Source: a virus
Direction: 5' to 3' (one strand)
IMG/VR virus record: IMGVR_UViG_3300045988_126281
Length of the DNA stretch: 64,000 bases
Under the pieces are notes generated by a model, which did no database searches, was not told the DNA's origin, and saw nothing but the letters and a program-made list of their open reading frames with translations. This document shows positions 50,125 through 59,967 of the stretch, in pieces (the first letter of the stretch is position 1; every line of letters begins with the position of its first letter). A program made the position numbers and the translations under genes.

Positions 50125-51535
50125 TATTTATGAAAAAGCTGTACAAAGTTTAATGGAGGAGTTTCAAGCTCATAAGGGTAAAGGATATTGTTATATTTAT
50201 CCTCCTGCTAATCCAATAACTTTTGTTACTCAATTTATACAAAGAATAAAAAATAAACGTTCTTTTGCTAAAATACTTGTAGTTGTAGAAGATTGGTCTT
50301 TAGTAGATAAATGTAAATCTGCCTTTAAAGGAATGGTATCTATTGAAGATTATGATAATTTTATAGCAGATATTACTTTTCTTAGTACAAAATGGATTAA
50401 TACTTCTTTTAATTATAAATATACATTTGGTGTTACTATTGGATTAAATAATAATTATCCAATCTATGCTTATTTTAACAGAACGTGCCAATTTGTACTT
50501 GGTATTCTTACTAAAGATAACATGAATGCTGATTTTAAATATGGAATAAGCCGTCAACTTCCATTACTTAATATTAATCTTGATGAAAGTAATGTAACTG
50601 CTGCAAGAGTTAATACTCCTGTAAATGAATATAGAATACCTCTTCAATTTACTGAAGCAGATAAAGAAATTTATGATAAATATAATGCTTTCATAAAAAG
50701 TTGTAATACTATTTTTGGTGGTCTTGATAATATTACAAAATGTAGAATTGGAGATAAAGATAATGGAATAAGTGCTATGGATTTTAGATATAGACTTGCT
50801 ATTAATAACGGTTGGTCTGAAAAACTTGATACTAATACTGAATTTAATAGACAAATTGATGAAATATATAATCCTGTAAGTCTTTATCAAAGAGCAGAAT
50901 CATTTTTTAATATTACAAGAGCCAGACGTGAACTTGTAATGAATAATGAAAATAAATTTGATTCTATTCTTAATATTGTAAAAGATAATATTACTAAAAA
51001 AATACTTGTTGTTTGTAAAGATGGCAACTATGCAAATAAACTAATGAAGTATCTAAATAATGCAATTAAAGAATACGACAAAAAAGAAATTGCTGGTTGT
51101 TATCATGATGAAGTAGAAGCAAGATATTTTTCTGATAATTTTGGTAATCCTATTGTTTATAAATCGGGTAAACATAAAGGCGAACCAAGACTTTTTAAAT
51201 CTGCTATTGTAAGTACTTATTTTGAAGAGTTGTTTAATTCTAATAAAATAAATGTACTTATTATTAAAGAAAGTTCAAATAATAAACTTTCAGTTAATGC
51301 TGACATTATTATTTATACAAGTAGTTTACTTGCCGATATATTTGATTTTAAGAAAAGATATATAAATGTAACATTTACTAATAATATTACTACTCTTTAT
51401 AAAATATTTTATAGTGGAAGCATAGAAGAAGATTCGATTAATAGAGAAATACCTTCTACACTTATTTCGGTGCATGAAAATAACGAATTGCAAAAATTGC
51501 AACTGAATAAGACCACTAATGAGATAATCATATAA
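50108..51535 (+). CDS. Hypothetical protein (start MMKKIDIYE; overlaps the polymerase stop)
   Basis: About 475-aa ORF, no motif recognised. Confidence 0.55.
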   Translation: MMKKIDIYEKAVQSLMEEFQAHKGKGYCYIYPPANPITFVTQFIQRIKNKRSFAKILVVVEDWSLVDKCKSAFKGMVSIEDYDNFIADITFLSTKWINTSFNYKYTFGVTIGLNNNYPIYAYFNRTCQFVLGILTKDNMNADFKYGISRQLPLLNINLDESNVTAARVNTPVNEYRIPLQFTEADKEIYDKYNAFIKSCNTIFGGLDNITKCRIGDKDNGISAMDFRYRLAINNGWSEKLDTNTEFNRQIDEIYNPVSLYQRAESFFNITRARRELVMNNENKFDSILNIVKDNITKKILVVCKDGNYANKLMKYLNNAIKEYDKKEIAGCYHDEVEARYFSDNFGNPIVYKSGKHKGEPRLFKSAIVSTYFEELFNSNKINVLIIKESSNNKLSVNADIIIYTSSLLADIFDFKKRYINVTFTNNITTLYKIFYSGSIEEDSINREIPSTLISVHENNELQKLQLNKTTNEIII

Positions 51536-51615
51536 TAATTTTAATGATAAATTTTGTTATTAAATTAGAAAATGTTATATTTGTATCAGTTAATTAAACA
51601 CACGTTCTTTGAAAT

Positions 51616-52569
51616 ATGAATGATGCCAAAGGAGAAACTTCTAATGAGCTTCTTAATGAAAATCCAAGTGGAAGTTTAAAAGAAAATGAAAAGGCACATC
51701 AACATCAAGTAGTTGTTCAAGAACAAGGTGGAGATTTAAATCGTCTTAATCTTTTTGATGAAACTCAACTTGCTGCTGCTGAAAACTTTTTAACTAAAGT
51801 TATGCGTAGCGAAAAAGGTGGAATCAAATCTGTTAATGATGGTTTAGCTGTTCTTATGAGAGCTAAAGATTTAAATCTTCCTTTTAGTACTTGTCTTGAA
51901 CATATTCATGTTATTAATGGAAAAACTGGTGTTGATGTTCATATCATCAAAGCATTGCTACTGAGGGCAGGTTGTACTTGGGAATGTCTAAAAGACTATC
52001 AACCTCTGTATGAATATACAGACAGTATTAATGTTTATGTTGATGGCTCTCTTCCTGATTATTGTGTAAGATGTGTTTCTTCACAAGAAGCAGAAGATAA
52101 ACGTTCTAAAGCTGGAGATAAAGATGATAAAGTCTATGTATATCCTGTTAAATTTTACAAAGATTTTAATGGGAATATTTATAGAGAATATCAACTTAAC
52201 AGTAAATGTCAACTTGTTGCTAATCGTAGTCAAGCAATTGAAATTCAAAAAGGTGGTAAAATTCCTATTTTTAGAATTCCTTCTGTTCCTGTTGATTATG
52301 TTACTGAATATCATTTTACTCGTTGGATAAATGATAAATGTGTATTTGCAAATAGTAGATTTACATTTAGTGAGGCTAATGCCGCAGGTCTTTTTGAAAA
52401 AGATACTTATAAAAAATATCCAAGAGTTCTTATTCAGCATCGTGCTTTTACTTATGGTGCTCGTGATATTGCGAGTGATGTTCTATTTGGAGTTATGGAA
52501 ACTTCAGAACTCAAAATTGTTAATTCTATTGACATTGATGAACAAGATGTTATAGATATTAATAATTGA
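51616..52569 (+). CDS. Possible RecT-like ssDNA-annealing protein
   Basis: Segment LPFSTCLEHIHVINGKTGVDVHIIKALLLRAG resembles the RecT-family core; weak. Confidence 0.4.
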   Translation: MNDAKGETSNELLNENPSGSLKENEKAHQHQVVVQEQGGDLNRLNLFDETQLAAAENFLTKVMRSEKGGIKSVNDGLAVLMRAKDLNLPFSTCLEHIHVINGKTGVDVHIIKALLLRAGCTWECLKDYQPLYEYTDSINVYVDGSLPDYCVRCVSSQEAEDKRSKAGDKDDKVYVYPVKFYKDFNGNIYREYQLNSKCQLVANRSQAIEIQKGGKIPIFRIPSVPVDYVTEYHFTRWINDKCVFANSRFTFSEANAAGLFEKDTYKKYPRVLIQHRAFTYGARDIASDVLFGVMETSELKIVNSIDIDEQDVIDINN

Positions 52570-52642
52570 AATTAAAGTGAAACTTACACTCAATTAAGTT
52601 ATAAAAACAATAATCGTTTAACTTTTCAAAATTCATTTTATT

Positions 52643-53449
52643 ATGAAAGAGACAACTTCAAAGAAAATGAGCTTCGGCTTTGGTGTAGTAGTTAGTGGTC
52701 AGAGAAATACTACTTATGCTCCTGAACTTGTTGCACTTACTACCAAAGGTGGTTTCAGACTTACACCTCCTGTTACAAAGGCTCTTGGTCTTCAGCACGG
52801 GGACAATGTAATGTTCATTTCTAATGAAGACACTATTGATGCTGCTATTCGTGAGCATGTTACTGAACTTGTTGATTTCTGCTCTGCCAACGGTCTTGAC
52901 ATTGACACTCCAGAAGCTGCTATTGCAATTCATAAGGAGTTCGATGTGTGGGCTATTGCTAAGGGTATTCAAGAGTTCAACAAAGATGGTTCAGTTAAGA
53001 CTACTACTGAGCGTCTGAGCAAAGAACAGAGAGAGGCTTATGCTCGTCAGAACTTTGATGCTATGGTTGCTTCTGTTGAAGCTAACGGAGATGACGAAAC
53101 AAAAGCTGCTCTTGAAGCTGCTGAAACCAATGAGGACAAAGTTGCTGTTCTTGCTACATTCGTTCGTGGTACTGAACTTCCTAAACTTACTGGTTCTAAA
53201 TGTGCTAATTCTTCTGCTATGCTTGGAACAGGCACTGTTCTTACCTTTACAGATTCTAATGTTTGGGGTAAGCTCAAGAACGGTATGAATCGTGAAGAGC
53301 TTAGCACAAAAGCTCGTGTATTCTCTGTTGATATTGAGAATATTCAGCATACTGAAGTTTATGATGGAACCAAAAATGTTGAGATTCCTATTCTTCTAAT
53401 TGGTTCTTCTGTTGATGTTGACGGTGGTCGTATCAAGAATGAGGACTAA
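52643..53449 (+). CDS. Hypothetical protein, GC-enriched codons
   Basis: 268-aa clean ORF. Confidence 0.6.
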   Translation: MKETTSKKMSFGFGVVVSGQRNTTYAPELVALTTKGGFRLTPPVTKALGLQHGDNVMFISNEDTIDAAIREHVTELVDFCSANGLDIDTPEAAIAIHKEFDVWAIAKGIQEFNKDGSVKTTTERLSKEQREAYARQNFDAMVASVEANGDDETKAALEAAETNEDKVAVLATFVRGTELPKLTGSKCANSSAMLGTGTVLTFTDSNVWGKLKNGMNREELSTKARVFSVDIENIQHTEVYDGTKNVEIPILLIGSSVDVDGGRIKNED

Positions 53450-53568
53450 TTTGGTTCTAAAATAATCATTCGTATTTCAAGTGATAATTGAGTTGGAAGT
53501 AATAAAAGTAATTAGTTACTTCCAACTCTTTTTATATCTAATGTTTAATTAAACAAAAATTACAAATT

Positions 53569-54510
53569 ATGCCCGATGCAACTGTTAATGGAGCGCAAAG
53601 TGCACAAGCTGCTCCAGAAGTAAAAAAAGTTATTCGTAGAGGTATTAGTAATGCCACTACTGGAACCGCTCGTTTAAAATTTAGCGAAAATGATGCTAAT
53701 CCTTCTAATGGACTTTTCCTTGCTCATGTTGAAAATGTAGAAATTACAGAAGCTACTATTGGTGAGGATAAAACCGGTATTCCTTCTTTTGCTGGACTTA
53801 CTATTCCTTTCTTAAATATTTATTTTGCTTCTAATGATGCAGACGCTAATCGTCGTAAATATGTAAGACTTAGGTTTAGTCCAGTTGAATCTTCTGTTGA
53901 AACTATTCCTGGAGGAAAAGGTGCTTGGAAAGTTGATAGAGTTCTTAATTGGCTCAAACATATTCTTGACGTCTTTGTTCTTAAAGGACGTGAGATGACA
54001 GAAGAAGAAATTGCTGCACTTTCTCTTTCTTATGAGGATTTTGATGAGCAAGGAGAGTATGTTAATGTTGATGGAGAAACTGTTGTTGCAGCTTGGAAAA
54101 CACTCTTTGAGAATTTCGTAAATATTCTTGTTAGAGGTAAAGACGGTGCTCCTTATTATAAGTCCAATGACGGAAAGTTTATTACCGTTTGGATTAAACT
54201 TCTTCGTTATATTAAAGCCGGAAAGAAAGGTTGGCAAGAAGTTGATGGAGGAAATCTTACTTTTCCTCAATTTGTAGGCGAAGGTGCTATTGAGATTTAT
54301 AAGCAAAATGTTCCTCCTGTTATTAGAGTAGATGTTACTCGTGAAAACATTCGTCCTATGAAACTCGATAAGCCTAAGACTCCTAATATGCCTGCTGGAC
54401 TTCCTGGAGGAGTTTCTATTGACGCAGGAATAGGTCTTGGAGGAGGACTTGGTTCTGATGGATTTATGCCTGGAGCTGGAATAGGCATAGAAGATATGCC
54501 TGATTTTTAA
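53569..54510 (+). CDS. Protein with bacterial-SSB-like C-terminal tail (Gly-rich linker plus acidic tip ...EDMPDF)
   Basis: The C-terminal 40 aa PAGLPGGVSIDAGIGLGGGLGSDGFMPGAGIGIEDMPDF mimic the SSB intrinsically disordered linker and DDDIPF tip. Confidence 0.55.
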   Translation: MPDATVNGAQSAQAAPEVKKVIRRGISNATTGTARLKFSENDANPSNGLFLAHVENVEITEATIGEDKTGIPSFAGLTIPFLNIYFASNDADANRRKYVRLRFSPVESSVETIPGGKGAWKVDRVLNWLKHILDVFVLKGREMTEEEIAALSLSYEDFDEQGEYVNVDGETVVAAWKTLFENFVNILVRGKDGAPYYKSNDGKFITVWIKLLRYIKAGKKGWQEVDGGNLTFPQFVGEGAIEIYKQNVPPVIRVDVTRENIRPMKLDKPKTPNMPAGLPGGVSIDAGIGLGGGLGSDGFMPGAGIGIEDMPDF

Positions 54511-54572
54511 CATATAATTGCTGTTATTAGGGGCTATGAGATTCTTCTTGTAGTCCCTTTTCTTTTATTCAG

Positions 54573-55760
54573 ATGGGAAGAAATGTTAATTCATCTAATC
54601 TTAGTAAAAATTATATTCTTTCTAAAGTTAGTCAAGTTACTATTTTTAGTACATATTTTGATTTACCTGTTCAGATAATTAATAATTGTATTGAAACTGG
54701 CGAATTAATACTTTCTCCTATCAGAAATGACCAACATCCGACTTGTGGTTTTCGATATGATAATCGAGGTAGATTAAAATTTAAAGATTTTGCTGGATAT
54801 TTTTGGGGAGATTGTTTTGATGCTGTTGCTTTAGTTTTATCTACTATAAAAGGAAAACAATATAATGTTTCTAATAAAAATGATTTTATTGCTATTCTTA
54901 CTCACATAACTTATACTTTTAAAAATATATTTTATGGTACTGAAATAGATACAAATGCTATTTCTTTAATAAGTAATAGTCTTGAACTTATTAAGAAAAA
55001 GAAACCTATTATAGAACTTGTTGTTCGTGAATGGACTGAAGAAGATAAAAAATATTGGAATAATTTTGGTATTACTTTACAATATCTTAATCTTAATTTT
55101 GTTTATCCAATAGACCAATATTATATTGACAGAAAAATTAATCCTCAACCTAAATATTTTTATAAAGAAAGCGACCCTTGTTATGCTTATTATCTTGGTA
55201 AAGATAAAAATAATATTATGAATATTAAACTTTATTTTCCTAATAGGCATCATCAATGTACTCGTTTTATTACTAATTGTAATCATCTTGAAGGTATTCT
55301 TAATTTAACAAGAAATGATTATGATTTTATTGTTATTACTAAGTCTACTAAAGATAGATTAAGTATTGGTTGTACCTTACTTTCAACTTCACTCTTTTAC
55401 AGGCAGGATGCCAAAAACAAAATTGGAGTTATTAATATTCCTCATGAAACATATAAACTTAGAAGTTTTGAATATGATTGGCTTAAGTCTAAACTTTCTA
55501 TAAATGGTATTATTGTTTCATTAATGGATAATGATAGAACAGGTTATCTTGAAGCTCAGTGGCTTCGTAAAAAATATGATATTGTTCCTTTAATTATTCC
55601 AAAAGAATATGAAAGTAAAGATTTTGCTGAACTTCGTTCTAAAGTTACTTTTGATAATATTATAGAACTTATAAAATCTACTATTAATAAAGTTGAAGAA
55701 TATGAGAAAACAAAAGAATATATTAGGAATAAAGAAACGAGTGATATTAGCCCGTTTTGA
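54573..55760 (+). CDS. DNA primase (DnaG-like zinc-binding plus TOPRIM)
   Basis: N-terminal Cys/His cluster HPTCGFRYD...GDCFD and TOPRIM DxD motif LMDNDRTG. Confidence 0.65.
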   Translation: MGRNVNSSNLSKNYILSKVSQVTIFSTYFDLPVQIINNCIETGELILSPIRNDQHPTCGFRYDNRGRLKFKDFAGYFWGDCFDAVALVLSTIKGKQYNVSNKNDFIAILTHITYTFKNIFYGTEIDTNAISLISNSLELIKKKKPIIELVVREWTEEDKKYWNNFGITLQYLNLNFVYPIDQYYIDRKINPQPKYFYKESDPCYAYYLGKDKNNIMNIKLYFPNRHHQCTRFITNCNHLEGILNLTRNDYDFIVITKSTKDRLSIGCTLLSTSLFYRQDAKNKIGVINIPHETYKLRSFEYDWLKSKLSINGIIVSLMDNDRTGYLEAQWLRKKYDIVPLIIPKEYESKDFAELRSKVTFDNIIELIKSTINKVEEYEKTKEYIRNKETSDISPF

Positions 55761-55776
55761 TTTTAATTCAATAGTT

Positions 55777-56181
55777 ATGGAAGCTATTGATGAAAATGAT
55801 GAAAAATCTTTAGATAAACAAAGTGAAAAAGATAATATTAATTATTTCTTTAATAATCTTTGTTTAAAAAATAAAGATATTGTTCTTTATGGAGAAATAA
55901 ATCTTGAAGATAAAAAAGATATTAAATATCTTGAAAAATATAAAAATATTATTTGTAATCCTGATGCTATTAGTAATTGGATTGAATCTAATTTTGATTA
56001 TGAAAAAGGTACTATAACTTCTAATTGTGAAGGAGTTTATAAAGGTTATCAAACTTGGCAATTTCTCAAATGGTTTAAGTATAATTATTGTCTTATTGGT
56101 AAACCAAAAAGAATACTTATTTATCATTATCCTACTAATATTATTCGTAAAAATGCTCCTCAATGGTTTACTAATTCCTAA
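55777..56181 (+). CDS. Hypothetical protein
   Basis: Start MEAIDEN, chosen to avoid overlap with the primase gene. Confidence 0.45.
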   Translation: MEAIDENDEKSLDKQSEKDNINYFFNNLCLKNKDIVLYGEINLEDKKDIKYLEKYKNIICNPDAISNWIESNFDYEKGTITSNCEGVYKGYQTWQFLKWFKYNYCLIGKPKRILIYHYPTNIIRKNAPQWFTNS

Positions 56182-56224
56182 ATATCAACTTATTAGAACT
56201 GAAGGTTTAGAAAGTAAAGTTTTA

Positions 56225-56377
56225 ATGGCAGGAGATGATATTATTACTATTGAAATTGCTTTTAATACTAAAGTTCAATCTGAAAAAATTAAAGATATTG
56301 TAGAAAAAGAAATCATTTATACTATTGTTGATTATGAAGGTAAAGTAATTAAATCTTATAATACTATATATGACTGA
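56225..56377 (+). CDS. Small hypothetical protein (MAGDDIITIE...)
   Basis: Protein-like C-terminal half of ORF 56027..56377. Confidence 0.3.
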   Translation: MAGDDIITIEIAFNTKVQSEKIKDIVEKEIIYTIVDYEGKVIKSYNTIYD

Positions 56378-56951
56378 CATTATTGTTAATACAAATTATC
56401 AAATGTATGATGATATACAATTTGGTAATTTTAGTTATTTACTTTCTAAACAAGACATTGAAACATCTCTTAAACAAACTTTAAGAGAACTTGATTGTAC
56501 TAAACTTTATAAAGATAAACTTATTTATACTGTTCATACTACTCAATATGAAAATTCTGTAAATCTTTATATAAGATTACTTTTACGTCTTAATAATCAA
56601 ATTCTTTATAATATTTATTTTGATAAACTTCAAAAGCAACATCAAATTAATATTAAATTTGAAGAAGAATTTAAATTACAAAATAATATTATTAAAACAG
56701 TTAAAAAGAAAAAAGAAAAAACTATTAAATATCCTAATAAATATATTAGACACGAAACTACTAATCTTTATACTGGAAAAATAGAATATATTTATGATAA
56801 TCTTTGTACTGGAGATTCATTCACGAGTGATAACCCAGACCTACTTCCTGAACTAAATGAAAGAAAAACTAAACGTAATAAAATTAAAACTATTCCTATT
56901 GTAGGAAAAGTTATTTTTGATTTTAAAAGAAAAACAAATGGAAAAGTTTAA
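56370..56951 (+). CDS. Hypothetical protein
   Basis: 193-aa ORF. Confidence 0.5.
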   Translation: MTDIIVNTNYQMYDDIQFGNFSYLLSKQDIETSLKQTLRELDCTKLYKDKLIYTVHTTQYENSVNLYIRLLLRLNNQILYNIYFDKLQKQHQINIKFEEEFKLQNNIIKTVKKKKEKTIKYPNKYIRHETTNLYTGKIEYIYDNLCTGDSFTSDNPDLLPELNERKTKRNKIKTIPIVGKVIFDFKRKTNGKV

Positions 56952-57141
56952 ACCAGGAGATGTAGTTTATTTTATGTATAAAGATAGAATAAACAAAGGA
57001 TTTGTAGAATATTATATTCCAAGTAGAAAAGCGTATAAAATACGTAATCATCTTACTAATGTTTCTCAATATAAAATATGGAGAAGTAAATTAGGACTTA
57101 TTATTAGTCTTATAAGACGTATGACAGATAAAACCTGTTAA
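56917..57141 (+). CDS. Small hypothetical protein
   Basis: 74-aa ORF. Confidence 0.4.
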   Translation: MILKEKQMEKFKPGDVVYFMYKDRINKGFVEYYIPSRKAYKIRNHLTNVSQYKIWRSKLGLIISLIRRMTDKTC

Positions 57142-57142
57142 T

Positions 57143-58372
57143 ATGATTAAAATTCCATTTCCTTTTATTAAAGGTTTTTATAGAAGAAATAATTACGGAG
57201 AGCCTTATGTTTGGTATGGAGAAGTTATTGGTACTAATAGTATTAAAGTTTATCATGGAATTGTAGGAAAAAGTATTTCTAATCAAATTCTTTTTACAAC
57301 AAGAGATGCAGATAAAGAACTTCAAAGTAAAATTAAAGCCAAACTTAAAGAAGGTTATATTACCATAGATGAAATAAGAGATTGTGGAAGCCTCCCCGTA
57401 GAGGAATCATTACAAGATTTTCTTGATAAATATCTTCCTATTGTTAGAACTACTGATAGCGGTACAACTTTAGCTATGCTTGCTAAAATATTTGATAATA
57501 CTAATAATAAACTTTTTAATAATAATCAATATTATCTTGGGCAATGGAAGATTAATGGTCTTCGTTGTATTATTCGTGCTGAAATTGATGAACAAGATAT
57601 TTTTAAAAGACCGAAACTTAAATTTATTAGTCGTGAAGGTACTATTTGGAAAAGTTTAGGTAATCTTGAAGAATATCTTTTACAAGTTATTCCAAAAGAT
57701 GTAATTGATTCTATTATTTACTATGATTTTGCTCTTGATGGCGAACTTTATCTTCCTGGGTATTCAGTAAATCAAATTAATCATATTGTTAAAGATTCAA
57801 CTTGCATTGAAAATTCTAAAATTCAATATTGGTGTTATGATTTAGTTGCCAGCGATATTGTTGCTAAAGAAAGATATAATTATCTTTTAGATAAACTTGG
57901 AAATTTTATTCCAAAATTTGTTTATAAAGAACAACATATACATAATACTAATCGCTTTGTTCTTCTTCCAAGTACAACTATTACTACTGAAATAGAAGCT
58001 CTTTCTGAAAGAAATAATTATATAGATTTAGGTTTTGAAGGTCTTATTCTTAAAGTTCCGGATGTAGAATATGCTTATGGAAAACGTAGTCCTAAATATA
58101 TGATTAAATATAAATCTACTAATGATGGAATATTTACTATTGTGGATATTTATCCAGAAGATAAAAGAGATATTCCTTTAATTAAAGTTAAAAATGATAT
58201 TAATGATGCTACTTTTGAAGTTCATATAAATGGAACTTTTGAATACCAAAAAGATATTCTTAAAAATCGTGATAAATATATTAATAAACAATTATTTATT
58301 ACTTTTGGAGAAAGAAGTGGTGTTAATCAAGTTCCTTTTCATGTTAAAGAAGTTAGATTTTGTAATTATTAA
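57143..58372 (+). CDS. ATP-dependent DNA ligase (nucleotidyltransferase superfamily)
   Basis: Motif I variant WKINGLR (KxNGxR rather than KxDGxR), motif III FALDGELY, motif IV EGLILK, motif V K-x-K. Confidence 0.65.
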   Translation: MIKIPFPFIKGFYRRNNYGEPYVWYGEVIGTNSIKVYHGIVGKSISNQILFTTRDADKELQSKIKAKLKEGYITIDEIRDCGSLPVEESLQDFLDKYLPIVRTTDSGTTLAMLAKIFDNTNNKLFNNNQYYLGQWKINGLRCIIRAEIDEQDIFKRPKLKFISREGTIWKSLGNLEEYLLQVIPKDVIDSIIYYDFALDGELYLPGYSVNQINHIVKDSTCIENSKIQYWCYDLVASDIVAKERYNYLLDKLGNFIPKFVYKEQHIHNTNRFVLLPSTTITTEIEALSERNNYIDLGFEGLILKVPDVEYAYGKRSPKYMIKYKSTNDGIFTIVDIYPEDKRDIPLIKVKNDINDATFEVHINGTFEYQKDILKNRDKYINKQLFITFGERSGVNQVPFHVKEVRFCNY

Positions 58373-58759
58373 ATGAGTATTTATAAATATAATATACTTA
58401 ATCCTGTTACTGATAAACATAAACCACATTATGTTGAAAAATGTAATTGGTTTATTTTTCCTACTACTAAACGATATAGATATTATGTTGAAGTAAGTAA
58501 ATTAAATGATAGAGGAATAACTGAATATTATCTTCTTCTTTCTGAAAAAAAATTTGATGAAAATTGTCGTATTTGTGATTATAGTGTTTATCACGGTAAT
58601 AAAATTCACCCAAGAGGAGAATTAAAAGATTATCTTATTCAAGAAAGTAAAGAAAGAGGAAATCTTTATTGTACTTATAAATGTACTGAAGAAAGTGAAA
58701 TTGTTTTTGATACTGGAGAAATTAAAGTTGTTCCTTATGATGTATATCATATAGTATAA
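58373..58759 (+). CDS. Hypothetical Cys-rich protein
   Basis: 128 aa with CRICDYS...CTYKCTEE. Confidence 0.5.
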   Translation: MSIYKYNILNPVTDKHKPHYVEKCNWFIFPTTKRYRYYVEVSKLNDRGITEYYLLLSEKKFDENCRICDYSVYHGNKIHPRGELKDYLIQESKERGNLYCTYKCTEESEIVFDTGEIKVVPYDVYHIV

Positions 58760-58762
58760 GAA

Positions 58763-58790
58763 AGCGGTTGGAACTCCAGCCGCTTTTATT
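58763..58790 (+). terminator. Rho-independent terminator (agcggttgg-aact-ccagccgct then tttt)
   Basis: 9-bp stem with one G-U pair, followed by TTTTATT. Confidence 0.65.
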
Positions 58791-58960
58791 ATGCTTATTC
58801 GGCTATAATGCCTATTTACTTGACTTCTAAAGCATTTATTTTAATCAAATGATTAACTATATCGATTTGATATGAAAGCGATTCAGCAAGGCTGAAAATC
58901 GAGCAAAAATTATAATAATTTTTATTTTGTATTTATTAAATTATTATTATCTTTGTAAAT

Positions 58961-59686
58961 ATGAAACCAACAGTAATTGGAATTATTAAAGATGCTAATG
59001 GTATTAGCGATATTATTGCATCAATGCTTGCTTATATTAAAATTAATGGTTCTACTAATGCTAACTATAAAGATTGGAAATTTGAATATGACAATCGTAT
59101 GATGTATGATTTAGACCTAAATCATACTATATGTGATATAGATAAAATACTTAAATCAATAACTCAAAATGTTTTTGGAGTTAATTTTACTATTTGGGAA
59201 AATAGTATTAAAAAATATAATATTAATTATGTTTATGATGTTAAGCAAAATATTTGTATTAATTCTGATAGAATTGATAATATAAATCAACATATTATTC
59301 CTGACAATTATTTAAACAGTATTTGTAAAATTAAAGAATATTTTATTGATACTGATAAAAATAATTGTGTTACTATTAAAGGTCTTTGCAATATAATTGA
59401 AACATTTCTTAATGAAACTATAGAAAAAGATTTTTTTTATAAAAGACTTTTTCGTGAAATTGAAAGGGATATTAAATTTTATCCTTTTAAAGTTATTGCT
59501 AATATAGATAAAGATAAAAGTAATCTTGTTACTAATTGGATTCAAAGTTCTAATTCCTTTACAGGGGAAGTGCTACAAATCAGTCCTTTTAATGCTGATG
59601 AACCTTATAGTAAAGATAACTTTAATGGTGAAGAATGTTTTAATTTATTTTATAAAATATTAAACTATTATAAACAATGGATATAA
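58961..59686 (+). CDS. Hypothetical protein
   Basis: 241-aa ORF. Confidence 0.5.
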   Translation: MKPTVIGIIKDANGISDIIASMLAYIKINGSTNANYKDWKFEYDNRMMYDLDLNHTICDIDKILKSITQNVFGVNFTIWENSIKKYNINYVYDVKQNICINSDRIDNINQHIIPDNYLNSICKIKEYFIDTDKNNCVTIKGLCNIIETFLNETIEKDFFYKRLFREIERDIKFYPFKVIANIDKDKSNLVTNWIQSSNSFTGEVLQISPFNADEPYSKDNFNGEECFNLFYKILNYYKQWI

Positions 59687-59967
59687 AAGATAGACTTAAA
59701 ATTGCAAGAGACATTCAAGATAAATGTCTTATTAATAAAATAGAATGTGATGTAAAAACTAATTTTCATGAAACTGAATCAAAAAACAATAATACATGTA
59801 AGTACCCTAATATATATCCTTATATTTCTATTTGGATACTTCCTAAAAATAAACGTGAATATTGTTCTTCTCTTTATCTTTGGAATGATGATGAAAATAT
59901 AAAAGAACTTGATAAATATAAGTGTTTTATGGATACATTAGAAAAATTAATAAAAGAATGCGATTAG
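59677..59967 (+). CDS. Small hypothetical protein
   Basis: 96-aa ORF. Confidence 0.4.
   Translation: MDIKDRLKIARDIQDKCLINKIECDVKTNFHETESKNNNTCKYPNIYPYISIWILPKNKREYCSSLYLWNDDENIKELDKYKCFMDTLEKLIKECD

Noticed and set aside
50581-50640. Further weak motif-like sites (for example tactcctgtaaatgaat at ~50611 and cctcctgttacaaagg at ~52768)
   Set aside because: Each has two or more core mismatches or an indel. They were excluded from the copy count to keep it conservative.
53812-54513. 233-aa - strand ORF antisense to the 53569..54510 gene
   Set aside because: Shadow ORF of a GC-enriched gene; Ser/Asn/Ile low complexity
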